Source: Eledone cirrhosa (Eukaryota). From it: a stretch of 64,000 nucleotides of DNA. Position 1 is the first letter of the stretch. Every line of letters begins with the position of its first letter. Location of the stretch: positions 270,878,001-270,942,000 of the forward strand of contig OZ024742.1 of assembly GCA_964016885.1 (NCBI GenBank). The letters are read 5' to 3'. The position numbers and the translations under genes were made by a program. This document shows, piece by piece, positions 26,081 to 39,281 of this stretch. The notes beneath the pieces were generated by a model. The model did no database searches. It saw nothing but the letters and a program-made list of their open reading frames with translations, and was not told the origin of the DNA.

Positions 26081-26290
26081 TATAGTTATGTAATAAACAA
26101 CATAAGACAATTAGTCCATATACCAAAGGTTTCACGAAGACAGACGAGCTCGATATAGACGTCTGAAATCGTTCATCAGAATGAACTTTATTTGATGAAC
26201 GATTTCAGACGTCTGTGTTGAGCTCGTCTGTCTTAGTGAAACCGTTCGTAAATGGAATAATTGTGTTATGTTGTATATTACATAACTAAA
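26081..26290. repeat. ~210-bp fold-back made of two back-to-back hammerhead copies
   Basis: Minus-strand HHR 26116-26184 (CTGATGA..GAAAC ctttg GTA) and plus-strand HHR ~26188-26255 (TTGATGA..GAAAC cgttc GTA); outer flank homologous to 4162-4200. Confidence 0.8.
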
Positions 26291-26736
26291 TAGCTCTGTA
26301 TCCTACATAGAACACTCTCCTTTCTTTTACCATTGCTATATGTATGTATAATTATATATATTTATATATTGTTCGTGATCAACAGCTAAATGCTATGACA
26401 GATCCTACCAAAATTACTCTGGACTGAAAAAGTAGCTGCTTACTTAAAAATATATAGGCGTCAATATAAAGAGACATAAGTAGCTATATAATTATGTATA
26501 TAAACCTTCTCGTATTTCTAAACTACCCGTCCTTTCTTTAAACAATAATGATATATTTCTAAAAGGAAAGCACAATCAACTCTAGGCGGCCAGCTTTTTT
26601 TCTTCTTATGTGTGTGTGTGTGAACATGTGCGAAATTGTGACATCTACGCATATTTTGCCCGTGGCACATTGTGTCCTTGGACATATTTTATGTTGTTGA
26701 GACCAATTAACTCAGCAATTTAAACTATGGAAATCA

Positions 26737-27207
26737 TATCAAACCCCACACTACCATTTGCCTCCATCATGGATCAACTAAGTGCTCTTCCCATAATAAC
26801 ACATTTTCAACGGCTTATCCTCAAGAACTATGCCTGTAAATAATATTATTTTTTCTTTCCCATTATCATATCATGTTCCACTTCACCCGCTTTTTATATC
26901 TTTTCACTTCAAAAACCTTGTTTGTAAATAATATTATTCTTTCTTCCCCATTTCCTTAAAATGTTCAACTTGACATCATTTTCTCTCCAACATTTTACAC
27001 CAATACAAATTCCCCCCTATCAAACCCCAAACTACCATTTGCCTCCGTCATGGATCAACTAAGCGCTCTTGCCATAATAACACATTTAAACTGCTTATCG
27101 TTAACTACTATGCCTGTAAATAATTTTTTTTTTCTTCCACATTTCCTTAACATGTTCAACTTCACATCATTTTCTCTCCAACATTTTACACCAATGCAAA
27201 TTCCCAC
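26737..27207. repeat. Local tandem duplication, first-copy offset ~281 bp
   Basis: tatcaaacccca.actaccatttgcctcc.tcatggatcaactaag at ~26737 and ~27018. Confidence 0.8.
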
Positions 27208-27497
27208 ATTTGATAATGCCTAAAATGCTGAAACCGGTAATAGACAATTATTAAATATATAAATAAATAAATAAATGCCATTTTTAATTAATAAATACAT
27301 TAACTAATACCTTAACACTTCACACAAAGTAAAATATTTTGTTTTAAACATTTTCTAACCCAGAAAAAATAGAAAAGGTTAGAAGGAAAAACATATTGTT
27401 TTTCCTAATAATCTTCTTTTTCTCCCTATTTTCACATATATATATATATATATATATATATTCCAACTCGTGTGTTCCTTCTCCACATTTTAGATGA

Positions 27498-27648
27498 TTT
27501 CCAGCATAGTTACGTCCCTTTACGATCTGAGTTCAAATCCCGCCGAGGTTGACTTTGCTTTTCATCTTTACGGGGTCGACAAAATAAAGTACCAGTAATG
27601 CACTGATATAATTGCTGGCCTTGTGATTAAAGTAGAAACAATTATTAT
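27498..27648 (+). mobile_element. SINE family A, 5'-truncated
   Basis: ttccagcatagttacgtccc..ggggtcgacaaaataaagtaccag..gaaacaattatta. Confidence 0.88.
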
Positions 27649-27750
27649 ATATATATATAGGGAAACAAGATAACAAGGACGATTGGCTACTCCTTCATTA
27701 CGTTTAATGGTTGGTGACGCGCGTCTCACCACTGATCAGCTCAAGGTTCG

Positions 27751-28275
27751 ATCTGACACATCGTTCCTTTGTCAGTGTTGAACAAAAGGGTGATGATGGT
27801 TGCCGAGCACTGTACGGCCTAATTCGGGATGTTTGTTTACAAACAAACCGAACATTATAATAAATGTTCGTTAACCAAATAAGTACATATATATATATAT
27901 ATATGTGTGCATGTATGTATATATATACATACTACTGTGCGTCTGAACACATATATGTACGTGCCTATACATGCTTATATTTAGGTATCAGCCGTACTAA
28001 GAGTGAGAAATGAAATTTAGTTTCATTCTTTTCCATTTATCGTTTTCGGTATGCCCGGCCGACTGATTCCCTTGATATGCAAATTAGGCTGCTCAGCCGT
28101 TAATAAGCATAAGGAAATTATATACTTTCAGACGTTCCACCATCTGACAGAAAGGTATACGATGCTGACGATAGCTAATAAGCTTGACACTAGTACATCG
28201 TTCCTGTGTCAGTGTTGAACAAAAGCGCGACGATGGTTGCCAAACACTGTACAGTGGAATTCGGACTGTTTGTTT
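27751..28275 (+). mobile_element. Retrozyme-like monomer plus partial repeat; HHR at 28160-28200 with GAAA mutated to GACA
   Basis: Colinear with 6208-6720; 437 nt from 27759 to the predicted cleavage site at 28195. Confidence 0.82.
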
Positions 28276-28489
28276 TCTCGTGAAATAAATACGTAAGTTT
28301 ATATTTTGTTATTGTGTATGCAAAAATATCTGTATACGAATATATAATGATATATGTATATATATATATATAACAGATTAAAGTTTAAGCAAAGCATCGC
28401 TGCTTTCACCCTTAACGGTTCTTCTGAAACTAAAAACATCAATATGTGAAAGGAGAAGTAAATATTTCGAAAAAAGCTAAGCTGTAGTG

Positions 28490-28870
28490 ACTTAGAGGGG
28501 TACCACCAATCTCCAGGACACTGTTTTCAAGACAAATGAGCGCGTCATTGTAAACGACATCGTATGTTACATTCGGATTGTGTCTGCGTATGAGGTGGAG
28601 AATGTCGTCAGCTGGACTTTCGCGGTGGTTGTTCTACAGTGCGAGAGGGTCGGCGAGATCGCAGTTGTGCAGCATAATAGCAAAACGTTTTCGCAGCTGA
28701 AAAGGGAGTTTAGCAGTTGCTGCTTCTTGCACGGTGAGGTGCCAATGGCTGTCATCGTGTAACATATCACGCATCTGGCAAGCCAAACGGTAAGTGGAAC
28801 ATTGATGGCCATTGATGGTTCTCAGATCTTGGAAAGACTGTGGTCCTCTAACCTCGAACAATAACTATGA
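28490..28870 (-). pseudogene. Helitron Rep/helicase internal fragment
   Basis: VRGPQSFQDLRTINGHQCSTYRLAC..LHDDSHW..QLRKRFAIML matches the segment at ~34470-34690 of the neighbouring Helitron but is diverged. Confidence 0.85.
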
Positions 28871-30109
28871 CGATATGCCGTCTGTGCTTTCGTGAAATAA
28901 ATATTTGTGTTTGTTTTTGTGTATGCAAAAATATCTGTATACGAATATATATATTAAAATAACAGATTAAAGATTAAGCAAAGTTTTTCACCCTTAACAG
29001 GATCTTCTGAAGCTAAATAAATCAATCTGAGAACGCAGAAGTAAATATTTCGAAAAACGTTATCTAATGCAGACAGCCAGACATACAGAGACATATTATA
29101 AGGGCGCTACGTTATAGCTATGTATCTATCTAAAAAGACAGACTAAGAAAAAGAGGGGAATGTTGTGCGACGTCATAAGAAAAAGTGAGGATTGTCGTAT
29201 AACCGGAAGTGTTGACATTTGGAATTTTAAAGAAGTGAATATTTAAATAATGTCTTTAATCTTTTAACAAAATTCAGTGCACAAAAAGTTTTGTATGCAT
29301 TAATTTCAAAAGGGATTATGTTGAAAAACAAACTCCTCTTTGTCATACTAGAGTATATTGGTCACCCTATGAACTCTTTATCCGATCCTCGTAAATATAA
29401 CAACAATTATTCATGCATATGCGTGAACATTTTTTATGTATGAGTTATAAGTGTATTTGGAGCGACAACGTAAATACTTGCCGATTGTATTGCAGATACT
29501 AAATCACAATTGATAAGGATTACATTTGACGGATAAAAAAATAAAAAAATGTCACAAAATCTTTAACATAAATACGAAAGAAAATAACAAACAAAGAAAA
29601 ATGAAAATAGATGAATAAATACTCACTCATGAATTAAGTAACGATAAGCGCATTTTAGATCGCTGGCAAGGTATTATTATCTTAATTCTTAAAGGTAAAA
29701 TCTAATTCCATTAATATTTCTCTCTCTTTCACGCTTCATTAAATCAAGTGTTATTTCAATGGTATACCTACGATTAAACAACAATCAGTTAAAATGTGTG
29801 CAACGCAACATCTGATATTTTTTTTATTTGTTTTATTCTGAAAATTGTTTTACATGTGGGTAATTAATGCTGAAATAAACTTTAGATTTGTCGTACTTAA
29901 GTGTTAGTTGGTCCCGCCTATAATTACACCAGCAGATGACCACAATGTTTATATTTGTATATATTATAATAAGTAATTTTTATTGTATATATATATACAT
30001 ATATATATATATTTTTTTTTTTTAAATGTGTGTGTGTGTGTGAGCGCGCTTATCCATATGTGGTTGACGGCTGAGGTACAAATTATCAGTTAAATATTCA
30101 TTATTATTT

Positions 30110-30300
30110 AGGTGAATTGGCAGTATCGGTAGAGGGTTGGACGCCATGTTTTCTAGCATAGTTACGTCCCTTTACAGTCTGAGTTAAAATCCCGCCGAGG
30201 TTAACTTTGCCTTTCATCCTTACGGGGTCGATAAAATAAAGTACCAGTAATGTACTGGGTAATTGCTGGCCTTGTGCCTAAAGTAGAAACAATTATTATT
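30110..30300 (+). mobile_element. SINE family A, full length
   Basis: A-box-like TGGCAGTATCGG and B-box-like GAGTTAAAATCC; likely TSD ttattatttagg at 30101-30112 and 30293-30304. Confidence 0.9.
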
Positions 30301-31794
30301 TAGGCTGAATGGACAGTTTTTTAAACTCTTGAGTTTTGCTCTTCCTCACAGGCGAAACTCAAAAGTAAGAATCTTACATTTTAGCCTTGATAATAATGAG
30401 TATATATATCGTTGGTATGACATTAAACTCCATCCAGTGGCAAGGCTGGGTGGAGTTATCCCTTAGCTGTTATCACTCCCCGGTCTGCTCTGGCCCGGTG
30501 TAGTAGTAACTGTTAGGGCCCCATTTATGGGTTAAATAATTACCTTATTCGAGTGACGCCGATAAGGCATTATCAGCCACTGAAAAGAACCATGTCAGGA
30601 ATATTGGCCACCCTATATCTATCTATCCATCTATTTATATATAAATGCAAGTTTACGATTCTTTGTGTCCGCCTAAAACTAGCAAACTACCAGACTAAAC
30701 TCCTCAAAATTACATGTAAAAATTCACTATACGGTCGAAAAAGTTTTACTTTGCAAAGCAAAGAATTCATTTAAATTTAATTTATCTTATTGTCTAATGA
30801 ATATCAAAAGAGATCATTCATTTTGTTTTTTTTTTATGTTCTCCGGTCTGTAGATAAGAGAGTGAGGAATGGGAGAGAGAAAGAGAGAGAGAGTAAGGGA
30901 TGAGAGAGAAAGAGAGAGAAAGTGAGTGGATGGGAGTAAGGGGATGTGAGAGAGAAAGAACGAGAGTAAAGGATGAGAGAGAGAGTGGTAGATGGGAGTG
31001 AGAGAGAGTAAGGGGATGTGAGAGAGAAAGAAAGAGAGTAAGGGGATGAGAGAGAAAGACGATGAAAAAGAGAGTGGGAAAGTAACCAGCGTTCTTAACT
31101 TTTATTTATTTATTATTTTTACACACTTTTTAACTCTCCCGCTTCCCTAACGTTATTTATCTTTTCTTTATTTTTTGTTTGCTATTCTATAGAGGATGAG
31201 AAAGAGAAAGAAAGAGAAAGGGAGTGAGGCGGATGGGGAGAGAAAGACAATAAGAAAAGAGAAAAGATGGGAGTGAGAAAAAAAGTAAAGAGCCAGGAGA
31301 GAGGGAGTGTTATTGGAGGCATTCTTTACCTAACGTGTGTCCGCGTTTATATATATATACACACACAGATGTGTGTGTTATGGGAGGCGGGGCGGGGCGT
31401 TCTTTAGCAGACGATATATGTTACCATCAAAGCTTATTTTCTACATATGTCTAAAGAAATCACAGATGTATGTATTTAACAGACAACAAATAAACGGTAT
31501 TTTTAAAAGTTATTATTTGAATATATTATTTTCCGCTGTTATTTTAATTAACACAGAAAATATTTTTGTTGTAGTGTTTGTCGTTTTTTTTTGTTTTTTT
31601 TAATTTTTTTTTTGGGGGGGGGGGGACCACGATAATATCAGAATGCGATCTGAAATCCCAATATTTTCTACATATGTCTAAAATGAATTACACCTAATAT
31701 ACATTCATATAAAGAGATCATTTAAAACAACTTTACTGAGTGAACAATACATTCTATAGTTGTTTCTATTTCGGAAAGAGTGTGGTGTGTAATA

Positions 31795-31860
31795 ATTGTT
31801 TCTACTTTTGGCAGAAGGCCAGTAATTATTCCAGTGCATTACTGGTACTTTATTTGATCG
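31795..31860 (-). mobile_element. 3' fragment of SINE family A
   Basis: aattgtttctac..ggccagtaatt..cagtgcattactggtactttattt.atcg. Confidence 0.75.
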
Positions 31861-31886
31861 TGCGGTGTGTAATAATATCACTTCAA

Positions 31887-34800
31887 ATGCCTAGAAAACG
31901 TTCCAGATCATTATATGGATGGTCATCTTCAGAGGCTAAGAGAAAGCAAACAGCGATCTGAAGAAGGTGAAGAAGTTCGGCATGCCCGTCTAGCTGCTAA
32001 CAGAGCCCAAACAGCTTTAGCGCGAGCAGACCGTTTTGATGAAAGGGAACAAACGACTGCTGCTACACGAGAACAACAAATTAAGGAGCAGCAGCAAATC
32101 AGACGAAATGCTAATCAAGCACATCGTTCTACTGCCCGAGCAGGAGAAGAAGCCACAAGTAAAATGTACTGGCTGATGGGTGCTTTTTCTTATGACCATC
32201 AAAAGGCCTACAAGAGTAATCCACAAATCAACATTGGGAAAATGAAAAAATGCTGCCAGTATTGTGGTGCCTAGAAGTAGGAAGCAGAAACACCAAGTCT
32301 ATGCTGCTCAAAAGGCAAAGTGAGCCTTAAAACAATACAAGAACCTTCTGAATTTCTGAAGAATCTACTCCTTCAGCATACACCAGAAGAACGACACTTC
32401 AATAAATACATCATAAAATATAATTCTGCCTTTCAAATGACATCTTTTGGGGTTGACAGGAATGTGATTGACTTTAGATTCTGTACAACTTATACAATTC
32501 AGGGACAGCGTTACCAATTAATGGGTGGGCTTCTACCACTTTCACAGGAGGCTCACAAATTTGTGCAGGTTTACTTCATGGGTGGAAATGAAATACAAGC
32601 ACAACAAAGATGTACCAATGTCCATTGCAGTCCTACATAGTCATAAAGTTACAAGAAATGCTTCACCAACATCATATCAGTGTATTTAAATATGCACTGG
32701 AGCATATGAACAACACCAGAGATCGTAAAATCAACATTAGGGCAGACAAACGCCCAGCTTCAGAACATGAATGCAGATTCAATGCACCTGTCACTAATGA
32801 AGTTGGAATCATAATGATTGATTAGCAGCATGAACGACGTGACATTGTTTTGCAAAAACGAAGTGGACATTTGGAGCGAATTTGTGAAGCTCATAGAGCC
32901 TATAATTCACTCCAATATCCGCTCATCTTTTGGAATGGTCAAGATCGATATCATTTTCAGCTACGGCAGATCAACCCAGGAACGGGACAAGAAACTGGAC
33001 GATCAATCAGCTGCAAATAATTCTATGCTTAACATTTCATGTTACGTGATCACTTCAACCAAGTTCTGTGATTCAAAGAAGTAACCAGCCAGTTCATTGC
33101 GGACATGTATACCAAAATTGAAACAGAAAGATTCGGTTTCCTGCGAAGGAATCAAACTAAGTTGAGGGCCGATAACTACATCCACCTTAGCGATGCCATC
33201 AATTCTGATGTTGACCCAAGAATTATTGTCCAGCCAGCCATACTTCCATCAAGATTCACGGGAGGTCCACGTTACATGCACGAACGTACGCAAGATGCCA
33301 TGGTCTATGTCAGAAAATTTGGTCGGCCAGATCTCCTCATTACATTTACATGCAATTCAAACTGGTCAGAAATATCAAATGAATTATTTCAAAATCAAAA
33401 ACAAAAGGATCGACATGACCTCATTGCTCGGATTTCCCATGAAAAGCAAAAAAACAAAACAAAAAAACTCATCTGGCTCCTAAAAGAATGAAGAATATTT
33501 GGTTAGTTTAGTGCGTGGATAACCACTATTGAGTGGCAAATGAGAGGTCTTCTTCACTCTCACACACTAATCCGGTGCAAGGAGAAGATAAGACCAGATG
33601 ATGTTGATAAGATCATTTCAGCAGAGTTGCCTGATAAAGGTGGTGATCCAGCACTCTTTGAAACCATAAAGTCCAAACCCATTCATGGTCCATGTGGAGT
33701 CATCAATCCAGCCTCTCCCTGTATGAAAGATAAATAATGCAGCAAACGTTATCCTAGAGATTTTATTCGGAAAACTCGGACTGACAATAATGTATACCCA
33801 TTTTATCGTAGGCGTAGACCAGAACATGGAGGCAATACTGCAAGCCTAACTGTTCGAGGAGAGGAGCTGACCATAAACAACCAGTGGGTCGTCCCACACA
33901 ATAAATTATTATGTAAACTGTTAAAAGCTCATATCATATGTTGAGTATTGCAGCACCATCAAGGCATTCCTATATGTCACAAAATGGATCAACAAGGGCA
34001 GTTAGATGGCTACCTTTATTACTGACAAAGAACTCAATGATGGTGGGCTGGATGAGCTCAAACCGTATCAAACAGGTCGATACATCTCCAGCAATGAAGC
34101 TATCTGGCGAATATTTGGATTTAATATCCACCAATGCCACCCAACAATGGTCAACCTCTTAGTCCATCTGGAAAATGGAGAGAGAGTGTACTTCACTGAG
34201 ATCACTGCTCATCAGTTGGGACAAGCATCACATGACACTACACTAACTGATTTCTTTAAACTCAGCCAGATTTATGAATTTGCTAGATACCTCCTATATG
34301 CTGAAGTCCCAACATACTACACCTGGACCAATTGCAAGACCTGGAATCGAAGAAAGCAGGGTCATTTAGTGGAAGGTCATGAAGTCAAGTCAAGTGATGC
34401 TATTGGGCGTGTTTACAATGTCCATCCCAACAACAGAGAATGTTTTTATTCATGGCTACTTCTGTATACTTTTCGAGTACAAGCGTCATTTGAGGATATT
34501 AGGTGCTTCAGACGAAGGGAGTGCGCAACATACCAAGAAGCATGTAAACAGCATGGACTCCTGCATGACAATGAACACTGGAAGATGTGCCTAAAAGAAG
34601 CACCAATCACTCAAGTAACCAGTCAAATAAGACAATTATTTGCTATTATGCTCACAGCATGTGGAATTTATGAAGCTCATCTACTCTGGCAGGAGTACAA
34701 AAACAATATATCGGATGACTATCTACACCTAGCCTGAAGACATCATGGCAATATGTATATAGAATATACCCCCAGGATTTACAATCAAGCTCTCTGTGAC

Positions 34801-36313
34801 CTGTCCCATCGAGTTCAGGCAATGAATAGCACATTAGCTAACTGCGGGATGCCAGAGCCAGATGAAGAAATGGAGGTAGCACAAGACATTTCTCAGGAGA
34901 CAAACTACGATATTCAAGCATTGCGTAAGTTTGTGGATGAAAATGAACCTCGATTGATGGATGACCATAAATACGCGTACTACATCATCGAAAATATTCA
35001 AAATGACTGGGGTGGATTGTTCTTAATCGATGCTCCTGCTGGCACAGGCAAGACGTTCCTCATAAACCTCCTGCTTGCAAACGTTCGCCAAAAGCAAAAT
35101 ATTGCCCTTGCTGTGGGTTCAAGTGGCATTTCAGCAACACTTCTGGCTCTGGCTGGAGAAAGAACTGCATCCTCCGTGTTTAAGCTGTCCATAGATCTCA
35201 CACGGCATGAACAATCTTTTTGCAACATCAAGAAGAACTCACCCAATGGCAAGTTTCTGCAAGCATGCAAGATGATAATTTGGAAAGAAGCTATTATGAG
35301 CCATAAAGGAGCAATTGAAGCTTTGGACCGGACGATAAGGGATCTGAGAGAAAATAGTTGCATAATGGGAGGAGTGACAATGGTTCTTGCTGGTGATTTC
35401 AGACAAACTCTGCCTGTAATTCCTCGAGTGACTCGAGCTGATCAGGTCAGTGCCTGTCTGAACACATCCTATCTCTAGCCCCGCTTTCAGCTGCTGAACC
35501 TTACAACCTACATGCGAGTGCACTTAACCGGTGACGAAGGTGTCAGTGAGTTTTCCATCCAACTACTTAAATAGGGAAATGGACTTCTAGAAAAGGACTC
35601 CATTGAGCACATTTAGTTGTGTTTGGTCATATCATTGGCACAGAACAAGAACTGATTGCCAGAGTGTTTCCAAACATTCAGACCAGACAAAGTGATCCGA
35701 AATGGCTCTGTGACCCAGCAATCTTAGCACCTAAAAATGTTGCTGTGAAAGAAATCAACAGAAGGCTGCTGGAGATGTTACCGGGAGAGAAAATATGTTA
35801 CAAATCAGTTAACACAATCACTTCTCAAGATCAGGTTGTAAACTATCCAACTTAATTTTTGAACAGTCTTGAACGAGCGGGAATTCCTCCACATAACCTG
35901 ATACTGAAGCTTGGAGCATCGGTTATGCTACTTCGCAATCTGGATCTTCCAAAACTTTGTAATAGCACAAGACGCATCATCAAAAATATGATGTCCAATG
36001 TTCTAGAGTTGCAATCATGTCAGGAAAATTTGCTGGTGACAATTGTTTCATTCCCAGAATACCTCTGAAGCCAACTTATTTGCCATTTGAATTTCAAAGA
36101 CTTCAATTTCCGATCAGGCTCAGTTTTGCCATGACCATTAATAAATCTCAAGGGCAATCATTGAAAGTCGTTGGGTTGAATCTGGCAGATCCTGTCTTTT
36201 CTCATGGTCAACTCTATGTTGGCACAACAAGGGTTGGGAACCCTGATTGTTTCTTCATTGTGGCACCACAGGGCAAAACCAAGAATGTTGTTTATCCAGG
36301 GGCTTTGGAATGA
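31887..36313 (+). pseudogene. Helitron RepHel (HUH Rep plus PIF1-family helicase), disrupted
   Basis: Starts MPRKRS. Motifs: Zn region C.YCGA..CC..GKV; GGPRYM..GRPDLLITFTCN; [14 protein letters not shown]; GRYISSNEA; Walker A APAGTGKT; GDFRQTLPV; FAMTINKSQGQS; FSHGQLYV. Numerous stops and frameshifts. Confidence 0.95.
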
Positions 36314-37274
36314 GCAATGTCGTAATTCCTCATTCAATGACAATACACACAGATCCTAATTCCTTAGTCATGTAGTTTGCAAGGAATTCCGAAGCCGCAA
36401 ATTTACTGCATGGTGTTACTTTGGAAGAAGATGCAGGCATTCCCGGGTACCTCTGATGTATAAAGTAGTTTAAGTGAGGACTTTGTTGGGTTGAAATAGC
36501 AGCCAAATTTCCTTCAAATCTCACCTTACTTTCTCAGGTATGTATATATGTATGAAGAAAAAAGGAATGGTTCTATGTGATAACTCGATCTACTAGAAAT
36601 ATTAGCAAAATCTATTTCAAATCACAAACAACTGTCTTACACACATACATGTGTGTGTATGTATCTATGTATGTCATGTGAGCCAGTATAACTGTTGGTA
36701 TAGCTAATAGAAATAGAAAACAAATCTCCCTCAAACAAGATCCTACTGCCATAGAGACAAAGATTGGTGAAAGCTACAGTGTACAAATTTAAATACACTT
36801 TCCCCAAATTACAGAAATGAGTAAGTAAATGCTTCATTCAATCATAAACCAATGCTAAATTTATTTTCTTATTTTATTTATGGTTTTTAACATGTTTGAA
36901 TTTCAGAGGTTCATATTGAGCAAAAAAAAAAAAAAAAAAAAAAAGTGAAAGAAAATGATAAATAAAAAAAAACTAAATGTATTTTTTGGGGTCATGCCCA
37001 TTTCACCGACAAAATGCCTAATGATTCATCTATGAGTAAAGCATTATATATGCTGACTGTTATAAGGAGCACTATTCAAAAAATCAACACTGGACAAAAC
37101 TAATATGTTTATCTCGAAGATTTACTTTGACCAAACGGCAATAAATATTCTGCTATGATTCCTACTTTGGTTAAAATTCAGCCATCATATTTGAATGGTC
37201 AAATATTTTGTAATGTGCGCCAAATATATTGTAACTTTTATTAAATACCCTGGTATCACCGGGTAGCTCAGCTA

Positions 37275-37318
<44 letters not shown>

Positions 37319-37869
37319 GTGTGTGTGTGTGTGTGTGAGAGAGAGTGTGTGTATACATATATCTATCTATATATATACATATATGTATATGTATATATAC
37401 AGATATATTATTAACAACTCAATGTAAAGAAAGATCTTCAATTAGATAACTATGCTATTTTTGATAAAATACATGACAAATTGGCATATAGATTCCTAGC
37501 TACACGGAGTGTCCCGAAGCATGATGAACTTGATACCTTCTTCAGCTTCAGAGAGTCATGCTGATAATGCTTCATTAACAATTCTCCTGAGAAATATAGC
37601 CCTTTTAGAAATTCGTACAAACACTCAAACGCACAAGCGTCATTTGCACATATATCTGCATGTATGCCCGCACGCATACACATGCACACACACTCATGCA
37701 TACACCCACACACACACATACACATACGTGCGCATATATCTTGTTAATCCGTATAGGAGAGTTAAATGTTCTGGAAAGTTTCCTTATTAGGTTTCTGAAA
37801 AAGTTAGGTTGGTTGCATATATGTCTTTCATCATTTTATGCGCGGACACTAGTGGGTGTCTGTATATTT

Positions 37870-38690
37870 GATGACCAAAACCGGAGAATATGTTTTGTTC
37901 TATGCGGGCTTGGTTTACATATCACGTGTCCGGAGTTGAATCACGAGCTTTGATCTAGTGAATCTTTCCATATAAGCCATGGCCCGGTTTTGCAGATTCT
38001 GCATCTCTAAGAATCATTAGCGTATTGTGTACATGTTTTTGCTATCCTGAAATTGATGTTCAAATCAGTAGATCCTTCTTTCAGCGTCCATACATTACTG
38101 CATAGCTTGGTGGTGTAGTTCTTCTCCTGATCGGAGCTACGCCGCATGATTGTTATAGCTTTCTATAAATTGTCGATTTGTAAATCCGATATACAGCTTG
38201 AGATTGGTTGTGCGGTAAGAGTTTGACAATTTCACTGTTGTCTCATACAGTATGGCTTCTGAATTACATTCCCCACTCTCAAAGGCATGCATTTATGATC
38301 TGACATGAGCATTCGGCTAGGTAGGGTAGTGGTAGCTTACTGGTTATAATCGATTGAACGATGGGCATTGAGCTCAATTTGACGTTAAAGTTTTGCCCAT
38401 TGAATAATTTCGTGTGAGAGTGGCTGGTACTAGGAATCTACTGCAGATATTTGCCTTGTCGGTTAGTGAGAATGAAGGCGTGAAATAAATTGTTATTCAA
38501 GCTCTGGAATTTATTCGGCTCTGCTGGTCAAAGATTTAAGTTATTTCTCTCCTTGAATGCACCTGCTTCTAGGGCTGCAGTGTAGTTGGCCGCTTTCTCA
38601 AAAGGTATTTGCTAGTCGAGAGGTTGTAGATTCGCCGACAAATATTTTTCACGATATTATTCAAAATTATTCGAGGGTTGAAGGATATTA
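37870..38690 (-). pseudogene. PLE GIY-YIG endonuclease remnant (not in ORF track)
   Basis: Manual translation: ECSC..NAC..GECNSEAILYETTV..LYIGFTNRQF..YNNH..CRIC. Confidence 0.8.
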
Positions 38691-38694
38691 ACTT

Positions 38695-39280
38695 TATGAT
38701 AGGATAGCTAAAACCATCTGGAACGCACTTCGGAAAACAAAATTAACAAAAAACGAGGAAGAATATATTGAGACAGATGGCACTAAGGAATACTGGTGGA
38801 ACCTGAAAATAAAAACTGCCACCAAATTAAAGCACAACCGGCCTGATATTGTTGTTTGGGACCATACATTGAAAACATGTTCTGTTGTGGAGATCAGCTG
38901 CCCACTTGTGTAAACGTCAGAAAAATACAGGAGAAGGAGGATATCTACGGACCATTCATGAGGAGTTTGCAAATCCAGTATCCAAGATACACCATTAGCT
39001 CCATACCGATCATTATTGGAGCTACGGGTTATATACCAACCCGTTTGACCCAAGTATGACAGAACTTGGATTTGCGGACAAAGAGCGCAGCTCCCTAATT
39101 CATAGTCTACAAATGGCTGCGATAGTTGGCACCTTCAAAATTTGCAAAACAGTCTTGCGATTCAAGGGATGACAATTTCTTTCCTTTTACAACCTTGCCA
39201 CCAGGAAGGTGGCCGGTCAAAAAAATATACTCGAAATTAAGAGAAAGATATAACATACATACATAGATACATACATACAT
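38695..39280 (+). mobile_element. 3' fragment of R4/Dong-like RLE retrotransposon ending in (TACA)n
   Basis: YWWN..HNRPDIVVWD..VEISCP and PIIIGATGYIP; restriction-like endonuclease motifs. Confidence 0.85.
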
Positions 39281-39281
39281 A

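Larger units (their letters stand above)
30630..37275 (+). mobile_element. Helitron with both termini
   Basis: A|TCTATTTATATATAAA at the 5' end; 3' hairpin taccctggt..accgggta (37246-37265) then CTAG|T. Insertion between A and T is canonical. Confidence 0.9.

Noticed and set aside
27690-27745. Minus-strand CTGATCA..TAAACGTA around a tggtga/tcacca hairpin
   Set aside because: Both conserved boxes are mutated.
30110-30200. tRNA gene
   Set aside because: A/B-box-like motifs belong to a multi-copy SINE with TSDs; no cloverleaf.
37495-37550. Minus-strand CTGAAGA with stem II and stem III downstream of a PLE remnant
   Set aside because: GAAA reads GGGA and stem I is out of register; possibly a dead HHR but not supportable.
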